Shown in pieces: positions 42,453 to 55,958 of a stretch of DNA of 64,000 nt; position 1 is the stretch's first letter; every line of letters starts with the position of its first letter. The translations under genes were made by a program, and so were the position numbers. The stretch comes from Octopus vulgaris (taxonomy: Eukaryota), in assembly GCA_951406725.2 (NCBI GenBank), contig OX597828.1, positions 20,026,001 to 20,090,000 on the forward strand. Direction: 5' to 3'. The notes under the pieces are model-generated. The model saw only the letters and a program-made list of their open reading frames with translations, was not told the DNA's origin and searched no databases.

Positions 42453-43120
42453 TAATGATTACGAATTTGTTAATAATAAATAATTATCAACTTTCAACTC
42501 TCCGTTTTCTTTTCTTCATTTAACTGAATGTGAACTATATGCGTAATATATACCTATTGTTTTAAAGGACTTTCATTCTCCAATAATGCTAGGTATGGAA
42601 CCAGTATTGTTTGCATATCTGTGATCGGGAGCGTGTATACATATATGTAAAGAATGAGGGGTTTAGTTCATTTGTGATCTAAACGAATATGTACACTGTG
42701 TAAGTGCTATAGTTTGGTCGTCCGTTAGGTTCCAAGTTCAAAGCTGAGGCTGTATTGAGGTATCCGTATTAGGGTTCTGTTATAGCAGGTATATATTATA
42801 TTAGGGGAAAAAGCAGAACCAAGGCAGAACGACTACCTCAAGTCAATAATTTAATTAGGGAAAGGCGAATTTGAAGTTCCTCTCTCTTTCTCTCTCTTCT
42901 CTCTCTCTCTCGCTCTCTCTCTATTTACATAATATTGAGGTCTCTTTCTTTCTTTTGTTATCTTACCGTTTTTACCAACATATATACACACAATCAAACT
43001 GACATATATGTGTATGTATATACATATATACATATATATATGTATATATACATATATATGTGTATATATATATGTGTATGTTTGTATATATTTATATCTA
43101 TCTATCTATCTATTTCTCTC

Positions 43121-43176
<56 letters not shown>

Positions 43177-43555
43177 CACGAATGAAAATTCCAAGTAATT
43201 GTTGGCATTGAAATACCAACATCAGACTGCGACACTGCGTGACCTTTCTCGACTAGCCTCAGGCTAACGTTCAGTACTAAACATTCACTCTCTTCAATCA
43301 AACTCTCATTCAGACTCAATAGCCGAGGACCATAGAAATACTTGAAACTCAGAGTATCTAGGATTTGAAGCAAACTTTTTTGATCCACATGCATCAAGGA
43401 TTTGAATCAAATTGTTTTGATCCACACGCACACACACATACACACACATACATATATAATATATATGCATTCATATATACTTTTTATATGTGTATGTATA
43501 TGCATATGTATGTATGTGTATATATATATAAACTTATATATATATGATGTATATG

Positions 43556-43775
43556 TATCTGTGTCTTTGTCTGTTTGTCTTCCCACCGCTTAGCAACCAA
43601 TGTTGGTTCGTTTACGTCCCCGAATCTTAGCAGTTCGGCAAAAGCAGTCTCTATAATAGTAGGTACCTGGCTCAACCACTTGGATAGGAATGTTTGACTA
43701 ACTTTACAAGCTGGTGCTACAGCATTGCCGCATTTCCAATGACTAAAACGAGTAAAAGCGAAGAGAGCAAAAGAA
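43556..43775 (+). mobile_element. SINE family B, 3' half, degenerate
   Basis: gtttacgtccccg..cttagcagttcggcaaaag..ggtgctacagcattgccgca. Confidence 0.7.
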
Positions 43776-44379
43776 GACAATTGCCGAAGCCGTGGAACGT
43801 CTCGGCAAACGATGACTCTACAACATAGTATAACTTGTATAACTTCCTGTAACGTAGAGAGGCAAATAATGCACGAATAAGGATAAGGACAAATCTAGAG
43901 TCAGTTAGCATACGTGTCTACAATTAATGACTTAATTTGAGCAGTATTATTATGGAAACGATCTCAAGTAAATTCAGAAATGTTACTTAATTATGAATAA
44001 ATAGGGCTGTAGCTAAGAATATTCGGGAAACAAATATGTTTTCGATACGTATAGACACAACACTAGTTATATAAATTCAGTGAAAAACCAAGGTTCTGTT
44101 GTCAATCGGTGTGTGAACAACCGACAAATCCTGAAAACGTTGTAAGCACCAGTGAATTTTATTGACTCTGTACGAAACTGTTTCCACGAACTTTTGTAAA
44201 ATGTGCTCATGCATGAATAAATTAGATGTAAATAAATGTATTGTTCATACCATTTAGGAATTAACTAATTTGCAATGAGTCTCCATTAGATTCTCAACCA
44301 AGCAGAAGAGTAATTCAAGCAGACAAATTCATGATGACATCGTCGTCGTCGTCGTAATCGGCTCCTCGTTTCCAAGTAT

Positions 44380-44740
44380 TGCTAATAAGACTGATTTTTT
44401 TGCGTTGAACAATTATCCACAGAAGTCACATTTAAAGGTCCGTTGAGGCTCTGGCTGGAGTTTGTAGGTCTTCCATCGTTTATCTTCACTTCTTCGACAA
44501 TATTTTTCAAAATATTCTACGTCAGTCTTGCTAGTGTAATGCCAAGTTGTTTTGTCTTCTGAGTGTTGTTCCCAGAATTTAGGTTCCATGTTGGTGTGTT
44601 TTATCGTCTGCTTCAGTTGGTCTTTGTAGCGTCGCATGGGACACTCGCGTCCCCGCGATCTCTTTCCGGTAGTGAGTGCGCCGTAGATGATTTTACGATA
44701 TTGTCTGCTAAGTTAGTCATACATTCAATCTTGTCCTCAA
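44380..44740 (-). pseudogene. RTE-clade LINE 3' end
   Basis: IIYGALTTGKRSRG..RRYKDQLKQTIK..WEQHSEDKTTW..FKCDFCG matches the RTE ORF C-terminal pattern. Confidence 0.8.
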
Positions 44741-44984
44741 TAATTCAGCAAGATCTTCTACATTTGCTACTTCAATTTTTTATTTAAGAATAGAATTATT
44801 TAAGAATGAATCTATGTGAGATTAAGGAGGCAATATAAACAATCTGCACTTCTTACGAACAATGGTTCAAATAAGTTAGCAAGCAAAATGCGTCGCACTT
44901 ACAAAAATATGTTTGGTTCTTTTGGAAGTCCACAAGTTTCTCCGCCTACAGATATAGTTTCTCTTAGTAATATTGAAGATGTAT

Positions 44985-45110
44985 AAGGTGGTAAGAAGGC
45001 AGTATCGTTTGCGCACCGGACGAAATGCTGAGCGGCATTTCGTCCGTCTTTACGTTTTGAGTTCAAATTCCGCCGAGATCGGAGTTGCCTTTCATCATTT
45101 CGAAGTCAAT
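44985..45110 (+). mobile_element. SINE family A, 5' fragment
   Basis: gagttcaaattccgccgag..gcctttcatc. Confidence 0.75.
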
Positions 45111-46695
45111 AACTTGATGCATGAGCAAATGCCACGTAGTATAAACAAGGTCTAACGAAATATGGAGGACTAAAGACAACATACAAATATTGTTGGCTTC
45201 GCAGTCTACTAAATGCTTAAACCAAATATCTATACACTTTTGAGGACAGAACTACTGAATGCTTATCCTTTCGAGCAACTGATGAAAATTTAATATTTCA
45301 AAGTGGTTTTCATTGTTCGCTATTTGAACAAAACTGAGCATGGAAATCGGAGCTCATTAAATTGTACTGGCAACAGAAGGTACCCTTTTCAGAAGGGAAA
45401 ATGAACAAAAGCTACTTGACAATTAGAAGAATTCCAGAGTGGGTGTATGATAGAATATTAGTTACTGAACTTGGTTTGTCAGTTTATAACATAGTTTGGA
45501 GAGATAAAGACTATCTTTTTCCCTAATGTGCTTGATAAAGATACTGAAATAGTTAAAAGATCAGTTTGAAATCGCTCACAAACTAATTCTTTGTTCGTTT
45601 GGTAAATATTCGCGTGAGACTGAGACATACACATCCTCAGAAATTATTGCGTATAAATTGTGAAGAAGCAGCTTTTAAGACAAATCTTTGTGTCAAAATC
45701 GAAAAACAAAAACAAAAAGCAACAGAGAATTATACAATATGGTGGCCAGATTATAGTTCTCTTTGTACCAACAGTGTTACAAAGTGCGCATATTGCGTAT
45801 AGTTTAAGTGTAGGAAATACAAACTTCTTGAACAAGCATTAAAACATCGTACTTAAACAATCTGCACATTGTTCAAATAAGTTAGCAAGCAAAATGCGTC
45901 GCACTTACAAAAATATGTTTGGTTCTTTTGGAAGTCCACAAATATAATTCAGCAAGATCTTCTGCATTTGTTACTTCAATTTTTATTTGAGAATAAAATC
46001 GTAGTCTTTTATTAAGGGGTCGTATGACAAAATGAATCTATGTGAGATTAAGGAGCAACAGAGAATTATACAATATGGTGGCTAGAGTATAGTTCACTTT
46101 GTACCAACAGTGTTACAAAGTGCGCATATTGTGTATAGTTTAAGTGTAGTAAATACAAACTTCTTGAACAAGCATTAAAAACATCGTACTTACGTGTTAA
46201 GGGTTTTTAACACTTTCCACCATATATGTAGGCTGTGGAAAAAGGATTTCAAGTTTGATATTCATGAAGTATAGTTGGAAAAGTGCTTCCAATTCTGGTT
46301 AGTTGAAGACATACTAAGTCCAGTGGCCAAATCCATTCTCTGTAGTATGAAGCACGATGCTATCATAGATGATGTGTCATTAAAAGTTTCGTTGCTTTAG
46401 GAAGAATTGCATTATCGGTTTTCTCCTATTCTGGAATTCCAATAAATCGTGTTTTCCATTATTCTCTTATCGTAAGGACTGGCTTATTAAAGATACATGC
46501 ATACGTACATAAATACGTACATACATACATACATACATATACATATACATATATACATGCATATATATATATAATATATATATATATATGCATATATGTA
46601 TGTATATATTTATGTGTGTTTGTGTATATATATATATGTATATAATAATATCAAGGGAGCAAGAATGAAAGGACATCCTTGAAAACGCCGAGGCA

Positions 46696-46756
<61 letters not shown>

Positions 46757-47134
46757 ATATATATATATAGATATAATATATATAAAATATATATATATGT
46801 ATACATATATATACATATATTTGTATATATGTACATGTATATAAATTGATATATACATACATATACATAGAAACATACGCATATATATATATGTATATAT
46901 ATATATATTAATGCGTATACATAACCATATATATATATATCTATATATGTATATATATATATGGAATTTTATATATATACATGTAATTATATAGTCATAT
47001 ATATTCATAAATACATATGCGTATACATAAATACATATGCGTATATATGCATATGTGTATGATATACATATACACTCACACACACCTACATATATATATA
47101 TATATGTGTATATATATATGTGTGTGTGTGAGTG

Positions 47135-47173
<39 letters not shown>

Positions 47174-47531
47174 CTCCCCATCTGTGAATATACATATTAA
47201 CAGTTCATATTTTCACCCTACTAACCTTTCAGATCTATTTTGCATTGAGACAAACTTTTGAGAGTACATGCCAGTGTGTATGTGTGTATGCAGTGGTAGT
47301 CGTGGACGTATTTGATTAACTATTGTCGTTGTACACCGAGTGCGCTCTTTTACAGAGGAACACTGACTTTATTATTCTCATCGCATTAATAACTTCTGTT
47401 TAAATATTCAATATTTTCCAAAGTTCACTTCTTAGACATAATTATGCAATATATTTGATATATATATATTACATATTTTCTCTTTTGGTAAAACAGCATT
47501 ATTATTTGCGTTGTATCATTACATTTGATTG

Positions 47532-47675
47532 TAAGGCGGTGAGCTGTCAGAGGTGTGAGCTCGCCAGATAAATTGCTTAGCGGCATTTCATTTATCTTTA
47601 CATTCTAGGGTCAAATTCCGCCTAGATCGACGTTGCTTTCATTTATTCGGGGTCAATGAAGTAGGTACCAGTTAA
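47532..47675 (+). mobile_element. SINE family A, degenerate
   Basis: taaggcggtgagctg...tcaaattccgcc...tcggggtcaat. Confidence 0.7.
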
Positions 47676-47709
47676 GTCGGATAGTTTTAGAACGCAGCTC
47701 GTATATATA

Positions 47710-48094
47710 TTCTTTTACTTGTTTCAGTCATTTAACTGCGGCCAAGCTGGAGCACCGCCTTTAGTCGGGCAAATCTTCCCCAGGACTTATTCTTTGTAAG
47801 CCTTGTACTCATTCTATCGGTCTCTTTTGCCGAACTGCTAAGTGACGGGGATGTAAACACACCAGCATCGGTTGTCAAGCGATGTTGTGGGGACAAACAT
47901 AGACAGATAAACAAACACACACACACACATACACACACACACACATATATATATATATATGACGGTTTTCTTTCAGTTTCCGTCTACCAAATCCACACAC
48001 AAGGCTTTGGTCGGCCCGAGGCTATAGTAGAAGACACTTGCACAAGGTGCCACGCAAGGAACCATGTGGTTGGTAAGCAAGCCACTCCTGCGCC
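47710..48094 (-). mobile_element. SINE family B
   Basis: Reverse-complement match to 29452-29852. Confidence 0.88.
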
Positions 48095-48119
48095 TATATA
48101 TATATATATATATATATAT

Positions 48120-48311
48120 TTCCATTTCTTCACTCGACTTCTCCCTCTCTCCTTTCCGACGAAGGGCTATGTTCGAAACATTAAACTCTCTCCCTTCATC
48201 GAGCGTAGCGTCAAGCTAATATACTTTTTGTGCACATTCTTAGGTGTCGCTGCTTTCCTTTACTTCTTTTAGTGTTTTCCCCGTTATTTGAATTGTTTGT
48301 TTATTTGTTTG

Positions 48312-48312
<1 letters not shown>
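48120..48312 (+). mobile_element. pLTR relic with degenerate minimal hammerhead
   Basis: ttt-CCGACGA-a.gggc.tat.gttc-GAAACATT-aaa at 48153-48185; (TA)n on both sides. Confidence 0.6.
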
Positions 48313-48362
<50 letters not shown>

Positions 48363-48404
48363 AAAAAGAAGATGTCGAACACGAGTGGTGATATATAAAA
48401 GGAA

Positions 48405-48563
48405 ATGAAGAAAATGCCAAATAATTGAAGTAATTTAAGTAATTTAATTTGAAAGAATTTGTTATGCTTATCAAAATATTTTGATAAGCATAACAAATGC
48501 AACGAAAAAGAACTTTCACCTAATTAAATTACTTAAATTACTTCAATTATTTGTCGCATTTTC

Positions 48564-48568
<5 letters not shown>
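48405..48568. repeat. Fold-back element between (TA)n tracts
   Basis: Perfect core atttgttatgcttatcaaaatattttgataagcataacaaat; outer arms atgaagaaaatgc / gcattttcttcat. Confidence 0.8.
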
Positions 48569-48626
<58 letters not shown>

Positions 48627-49499
48627 ATGTATGTATGTATATGTATGTATGTATATTTATATGGGAGTTAAGGAAAGGAGTAGATAAGATCCGGGCTACA
48701 TTTATTTCATAGTAATCGGAACCTCAGAAGTGGTAAATATTCAAGCGATGTGTATAGTTCAGGTTACTCTTCAGGCCAAGGATATCTTGGTTAAATGAAA
48801 GTTTACATTATCGCCAGGAGTTACATGTTAACGCATGGAATATTCAATCAGAATGTGCAGAGAGCACACTAAGAGAGGAGAATATAAATGTAGAGAGAAA
48901 TTAGGATTAAAAGAAGGAGAAAGAATAAAAACATAAGGTAGTGAGAACAAAGAGGAGCTTCAGCAAATTCTTTTGAATGGTAGTGTTCGGTAGCGCCATT
49001 TTGGCCGAATCACAGAAATAAGAAAGAGGAGTGGTATTTGAAAAAAGAAAATGTGGAGAGGAGAGGGTGGGAGAAAGTATGTGTGAAGTAAGATGCAATG
49101 GGCAAGAATAGTGGCGACTATTATTAGCGTTCAGTTATAGGGTGTATATTGTATGCGGTGAGCGTGTATACTAATATAAAGTAGTAGAGGTGAATGTTGG
49201 TGTATGTGCTTGTAAGTTTCCATAGTAGGGTGGGTAGGAGGGGGCCACGTGAATTAAGAGAAAATAATTTTATAAATAGTAAGGAAAGATAGAGAGAGAA
49301 TTATGTGAACGACAAAAAGGGATTAAAAGGAAGGTATAAATTTGGTTTAATATACGGTGGTAGTGAGGGTAAAAAAGCGGGATTGGGTTGTTGTTATTTG
49401 TATTTTGAGAATAGATTTAGTGATCGATGTTTGCAGGAAAAACCTATACTGCTATGTTCATTTAGACAATCCGTGGATTGCAAATTAGCTATGCAGAGA

Positions 49500-49700
49500 T
49501 CACACTTGTTGTGTCCTTGAGCAATATACTTTATTTCACGTCGCTCCAGTCCACTCAGCTGGCTAAAATGTGTAGTACATGTATTTCAAAGGGCCACAAT
49601 TGTTACTCTGACTAACGCTGAATCTCCCTGCGAATACGTTAAGGGTATCCGTGTGTGTGGTTTGCTCAGCCACTTGCACGTTAATTTCACGAGTAAGTTG
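49500..49700 (+). mobile_element. SINE family C body
   Basis: gttgtgtccttgagcaatatactttatttcacgtcgctccagtccactcagctg. Confidence 0.65.
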
Positions 49701-49756
49701 CTCCCTCGTCGTCGTAACCGATGGAGTCTCCTTTTATATTTATATATATATATTTT

Positions 49757-49963
49757 TCTCTTTTTACTTGTTTCAGTCATTTGACTGCGGCCATGCTGGA
49801 GCACCGCCTTTAGTCGATCAAATTGACCCCAGAACTTATTCTTTGTAAGCCCAGTACTTATTCTATCGGTCCCTTTTGCCGAACCGCTAGGTGACGGCGA
49901 CGTAAACACACCAGCATCGGTTGTCAAGCAATGCTAGGGGGACAAACACAAACACACAAACAT

Positions 49964-50021
<58 letters not shown>

Positions 50022-50183
50022 TTATACGACGGGCTTCTTTCAGTTTCCGTCTACCAAATCCACTCACAAGGCTTTGGCCGGTCCGAGGCTATAGTAGAAG
50101 ACACTTGCCTAAGATGCCACGCGGTGGGACTGAACCCGGAACCATGTGGCTGGTAAGCAAGCTACATACTACACAGCCACTCC
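49757..50183 (-). mobile_element. SINE family B
   Basis: Reverse-complement match to 29452-29852. Confidence 0.88.
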
Positions 50184-51077
50184 ACACAGTCACATATGTG
50201 TGTGTGTGTGTGGGTGGGTGTATAAGTACACACTGACGCCAAAATACATAACCAACGACTAAGCGTACGTATGGCGTATATGTGTTTTTAACTTAAGAAA
50301 ATATGTGTACACAAAATGAATTAAACATCTCTCTCTTACATAATTATATCCATGCCCTTGTGGCATATTCTCTCATTTACAGGTGAGGGGTAAAAATGAA
50401 AAATTTAAAAGAAACCATGTCACACAATGTGGAAGAAACATTAATGTCGAAACTTTTTATGGAATCACCTGTAACTTTCGAGAAGCCACTGCAGGGACTA
50501 AATTTCACATCCGTCTTGACCTGGTCTTGTCACTTTGAAGTAGTTGCTACTTCCGGTATGGAATCTCACTAATAACTTGCGAAAGCTAGCAACGCTTTAA
50601 AAATGAAGGCAATTAGCCTTCATTATAAAGTACACCCACACGTTTAAAGAGATGTCCTAAGGATGGTGCTTCAATATCTATCGAAGTCATTTCTGATTGC
50701 TAATGATCGACATTAGAAGATATGTGTGTACGTGTTAGTTTCTGTCTCCACGAAGATCTTCAGTTGGTCAACTCTCTTGAGAGTTTCTTAAAACTATATA
50801 CATGCATAAATATATTTACATACATGGCAAAGACACACATATACATATATTTGTCTTTTCCACCCCTTCCTCTTCTTCGCCATTATTGTTTTCATGTAGC
50901 CATTGGTAACTTCAACGACTTCGTCGTCGTCGTTGTCGTCGTCCTCACACTTTTCGCTTTCTTTCTCAGTATAACCATTCACCATCATTCCTAACGTTAT
51001 TCGTTCTAGTTTATTCATTTATACTTACAGCATACGCCAAAGAGTGTATGCGTGTTTGTGTATATGTATCACACACA

Positions 51078-51160
<83 letters not shown>

Positions 51161-51161
51161 G

Positions 51162-52323
51162 TCAGGTCAATAAGAATGAACTGTCCGATTTTGAACTGAA
51201 AGTTTATTTTACTTTATCTCGACAAAAAGCAATACAGTTAATCAAAGAATGCACCTAAATTATCAACGCAATTTTCCCATTCTATCGTTATGATGGCAGC
51301 GAAAGAATTCTGGAGAGCAAAAGGTGATGAAATCACGAAAGGCTGTTTTTGCATCTGCTTCAGATTAGAAGTGTTTTCCTTGCAAAAAGTTGTCTAATGC
51401 CTGGAAAACATGATAGTCAGTTGGTGCAAGGTCTGGTGAATATGGTAAATGACAGAGTAATTCCAAGTTCAGGTCCTATAACTCGAGTAGCGTTCTTTGT
51501 GCAACATGTGGTCGAGCATTGTCTTGCAAGAGAATCGGCCTGTCTCTATGGACCAATCTCGGTTGTTTAATTGCAAGTTCACTCATCATTTCATCCATTT
51601 GGTTGATGCATACATCCTCTGTAATGGTCTTACCAGGTCTCATGAAGCTGTAGTGGATGACACCAGCGCTGAACCACCAAACAGATACCATTAGCTTTTT
51701 TTTGTGAATATTCATTTTAGGGGCTTGCTGTTGTTGAAAAGAATCCATTTTCCTCACACGTAACAATACAAATCAAAAATTGTTCGCTTTTATACTGTAA
51801 TAGAAAGAACAGCAAGTTTCAAGACGACGTGTCATTTGATGCTCGTTCAGTTAGTGTGGTACCCAGCTGTCTAGCTTCTTTACCTTGCCGATTTGCTTCA
51901 GATGGTCCAATACAGTTGGAACCGAGCATGAAAGCTTGCTGCTACCTCGCGCGTAGTTTGAGATATATCCGCTTCCACTACCGTTTCCACCTTGGTCTCA
52001 GGTCTACGACGGGGTTGATTTTCAAGAGTAATATCACCAGACCGGAACTTCTCAAACTATCGACGTACAGTGCGCTTATTCTCCACATCTTCACCAAACA
52101 CCTCGTGGCTGTTCCGAATTTTTGATCACTCTATGGGTTCACAAAAATTGATTTACAATAGAAAACTCACAATATAATCAGACACCATGAACTACATTTC
52201 GAAAAGCGATAATGTAACTCTTTAATGTTCTAAAACAAAGACTTCTCAGGATAAAACATTAGAATTAACGACTATCAAACCTGGTGCATAAGAAAATCAG
52301 ACATTTCATTCTTAATGACCTGA
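51162..52323 (-). mobile_element. Mariner transposon, second subfamily, decayed
   Basis: TIRs tcaggtcaataagaatgaactgtccgatttt / aaaatcagacatttcattcttaatgacctga; ORF 51476..51766 KKLMVSVWWFSAGVIHY..ILLQDNARPHVAQ. Confidence 0.92.
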
Positions 52324-52327
52324 TATA

Positions 52328-53335
52328 TTGAGTCATCCTATAAATAATGTGGTTTTTATTAATTGCGTAAACTACAAGTCGGAGGGGTGGAATAAACTAC
52401 TTCCATCAGCTTGCTATAACAGCAGGTAGTAATTTTACCTTACCTTAGTGTTAGTGCAAGTTTTAAAGTGTGCAGTTCGATTTAACAGTTATTTTTTCAA
52501 AGCTATAATGGAGGTGACAAAGGAGCATATTCAGCACATTTTGTTTTATGAGTTCAGTAAAGGTAACAAGGCAACGGGAAGTGCGAGGAATATTAATGCA
52601 GTATATGGGGATCGGACAATAAGCGTAAGCCATTGTCAACGGTGATTCCAGAAATTTCGAGCTGGAAACTACAGCCTAAAAAATGAACCTCGTTCTGAAA
52701 GATCTGCTCGACGAGGATCTCCTGCAAACTCCGATGGAATAAAATCCCATCGTAATAGTTTTGGATTTTGTCATTCAACCATTCATTGACACCTCCGTGC
52801 CATCGAAAAAGTCAGAAAATTGGGTCAATGGGTTCCCCACAAACTTTCCGTGTCTAATCGCGCGCAGAGAGTGAATGTATTCTTTTCTTTACTGTTCCGT
52901 CTCACGAATGAACCTTTTTTGGCCGAGTAGTAACTGGTGTGAAGAAATGGGTTCTCTATAAAAAATGACAGGCGCTGAAGTCAGTGGGTATAGAAAAGAG
53001 GAACACCTGCACCCCAGGCTAAAAAAGCTTGAGCGGGGTAAGTCAGCGCTAGAAAATAAAGGACCATCTTTGGTTACAAGACGAAAGGTGTTCTTCCATC
53101 AGGATAATGCTCGGTCATATACAGCTAGGATGACATTCCAAAGGCTGGAGCAGTTTGAATGGGAAGCAATGCCCCATCCACCATATTCGCCGGATATTGC
53201 CCCATCTGATTATCATTTATTACGCAGTCTTCAAAATCATTTGCACGGAAAAAATATGAATTCTGTAGACGAGGTCAGAACAGTACTGCAGGAGTATTTT
53301 TCGTTAGGGACAAGTGAATTTTGGAATTTTGGAAG
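52328..53335 (+). mobile_element. Mariner transposon (same family as 9877), 3'-truncated
   Basis: Left TIR ttgagtcatcctataaataatg; MEVTKEHIQHILFYEF, WVPH, FHQDNARSYTA, PPYSPDIAPSDYHL (D,D34D type); right TIR absent. Confidence 0.93.
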
Positions 53336-53338
53336 ATA

Positions 53339-53613
53339 AAATAATTTTATCATGAACTACATCTTAATATCAGTTTCAGTCATTTTAGACTTCTTCAACT
53401 AAGAGTAAAATGAGAAAATCAATTAAATTGGAGAAAAAAATTATGTGAAATATTTTGTAGATATTTATCTATTCAAATACTATGAAAATATCTACAAAAC
53501 ATTTCACTTAATTTGTTCTTCTCCAATTTAATCGTTTTCTTATTTTACACTTGGTTGAAAAAGTCTAAAATGACAGAAACCGGTAAAAAATGTCCTTCAT
53601 GATAAAATTATTT
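53339..53613. mobile_element. Head-to-head fold-back pLTR pair with two degenerate hammerheads
   Basis: Imperfect ~275-bp palindrome; left arm (minus) TTGAAGA-agtc.taaaat.gact-GAAAC, right arm TTGAAAA-agtc.taaaat.gaca-GAAACCGGTA. Confidence 0.7.
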
Positions 53614-53669
53614 AAACATTTTTTTACATTGTCTTATCTTCCTTATACATCTCACCTTACTTTTCTACT

Positions 53670-53731
<62 letters not shown>

Positions 53732-53926
53732 GGTATGTATATGTGTGTGTGTATGTATATATATATATATATATATTATATGCATGTATATATAAATAGA
53801 AATATTATTTCTAAATCTCTTTAAAAGAGACTACGGCAGCAGTACTGGGTGTTAATAGTATGTATGAGTATATGTAGATACCCATCTGGACATACATTTC
53901 GTATCACGTATAATTAATACGTTCTG

Positions 53927-53973
<47 letters not shown>

Positions 53974-54360
53974 ACGCACACATACACACGCACACGCACA
54001 TACACACAAAACGACACACGCACACACATGTACACACTTATGCACACACTCGTGAAAGCAGTGACACACATAAATATTAAATCTCCGACACCGGGCATAC
54101 ACTCGAAATGTTTTATGTAGATACACGCTTTATATTTAAAAAAACACATTATAGCTAAGCACTACACACTACTCTACTTATATTAGGTAAAGATTCAATT
54201 ATTTAGGTCGCTACACATAATTTATATTATGTCGCTGCATAAATCGATGTGTCTCCGTCAGTTTCGACAGTGGAAATGCATTTGTTTGATGAACTAAAAT
54301 ACTTATTTTTCATTGATTTATTTTTTACTCGGTTCACCATCCCATAGACGTGTTCTTTCA

Positions 54361-54575
54361 ACGTTTAACATTCAGAGTATTCTGTTAAATGAAATGTTTA
54401 TTTATTCACATTATTTTAAATTCACCATGTGCTGTACTATACTGTAGTTTCGAGATTTCAATGACGCGATCATTTATTTTTTAGAATGACATTCTAGGGT
54501 AGTTGTACGAAGTCCCATCTGATAATTTTGATGTTTCAATAGTAGGAATATTTAGTCTAAATATGGCCAGTTTTT
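54361..54575 (-). mobile_element. Decayed copy of the piggyBac-type MITE at 61473
   Basis: Colinear with the reverse complement of 61473-61693. Confidence 0.6.
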
Positions 54576-54990
54576 ATAATTTCACTGTCGCATGATTTGT
54601 GACAAGGCTGTATCTTTCAATTACAGGTTTCTGTATAGGTTCCGTATATCCAATTTTACTCACGTGATATTGATGGACCCAAGATTATAGGGATTGACTT
54701 TTGCTCATAGTGCTGCATAGATTGATTGAGCCTAGGATCTCGCGGTTGTGAAGTAAAGCAAAATTCTTAGCCATTAAACCATACTACTCAATTTATTACT
54801 TAATTACTTAGAGATGCAGATACACAGATACGCACATAATATACGTGTGTGTGTATGTGTGTGCGTGTTTCTCAATATAGATGGATAGGTATAGATAGAT
54901 ATACCTATTCAATATATATCTATACATGTATGTGTATTTGTATGTATGCATGTACGTATCTATCTGTTTATCTGTCTATTTTTCTGTCTG

Positions 54991-55059
<69 letters not shown>

Positions 55060-55235
55060 TTATATAAATACCGATCTTATCAGGTGGCCAGCATGGGAAT
55101 AAAAACCTTCAAAAGTAATTATAATTATTAAAATCATAATTTAGGGTATCTAAGATATAACATTACACTGGAAATAGCAGCCAAAACTTGACTCTAAAAC
55201 CACATTAAATGTTTATACAGCACCGTTTAAATATT

Positions 55236-55286
<51 letters not shown>

Positions 55287-55579
55287 CAGTGTGTGCATGT
55301 GCATCTGTGTACAGTTGAAAAGAGAGCTACAGACATTTAGTGTTGTAGAGATACATAATAGTTTTGTAGATTTACATAACATGCCATTTATCTCCAAGCA
55401 ATCTATTGGTTTAACGGTGTGTACTGAACCGGATAGATTGATGGAGACACATGTCATATTAGATAACTACCAAATTATTGTATCTCTGCGGCATCAAACT
55501 ATTAATAACTGCTTTTAAAATTGTCTATATTAAATTGTATTTATCTCTCACTGGATAGAATACATATTTCGTTGATCCT

Positions 55580-55958
55580 ACTTACCAATGGGCAACTATC
55601 AGCTATGGACTCACCTCAAAGTTAATATGTGTGGTCGATCCAATTGTAAAACTTGTGAGAACTTTATCGAGGCGATGACGTATAGATTGATATCAGGACT
55701 AGTTTTTATTTTGAAAACCACTTTACTTACAAAATTTCTTTAAGAATAAGACTAAATGTTCGTCGTCAAGAAATACGTGATCCAAAAACAAAGCAAATTC
55801 CAGTTAGTAAACATCTGGACACATGCATCAAAAGGAAATCTCTCAAATTGGGTGTCTCCCCACTCTATCAATGTTTAGACAATGATCCAGACCAGATAAG
55901 ATTTAATAAGGGAAGATCTTTTATTAAAAAGTACATGCCGCTGCTGAACACGCTATGA
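55580..55958 (+). pseudogene. Penelope-like element C-terminus (Cys linker plus distal GIY-YIG endonuclease)
   Basis: KVNMCGRSNCKTCENFIE from 55618, then from 55731 SLRIRLNVRRQEIRDPKTKQIPVSKHLDTC..PLYQC..IRFNKGRSFIKKYMPLLNTL*; the GIY/YIG motifs themselves appear deleted. Confidence 0.8.

Noticed and set aside
45279-45310. CTGATGA followed by a short hairpin
   Set aside because: GAAAC and the cleavage-site stems are absent
50380-50471. TA-caggtga...tcacctg-TA as a Tc1 MITE
   Set aside because: Only 7 bp of inverted match; too weak to call
52965-53339. Functional transposase or SETMAR-like gene
   Set aside because: The upstream frame has stops, frameshifts and a deletion; no SET domain nearby
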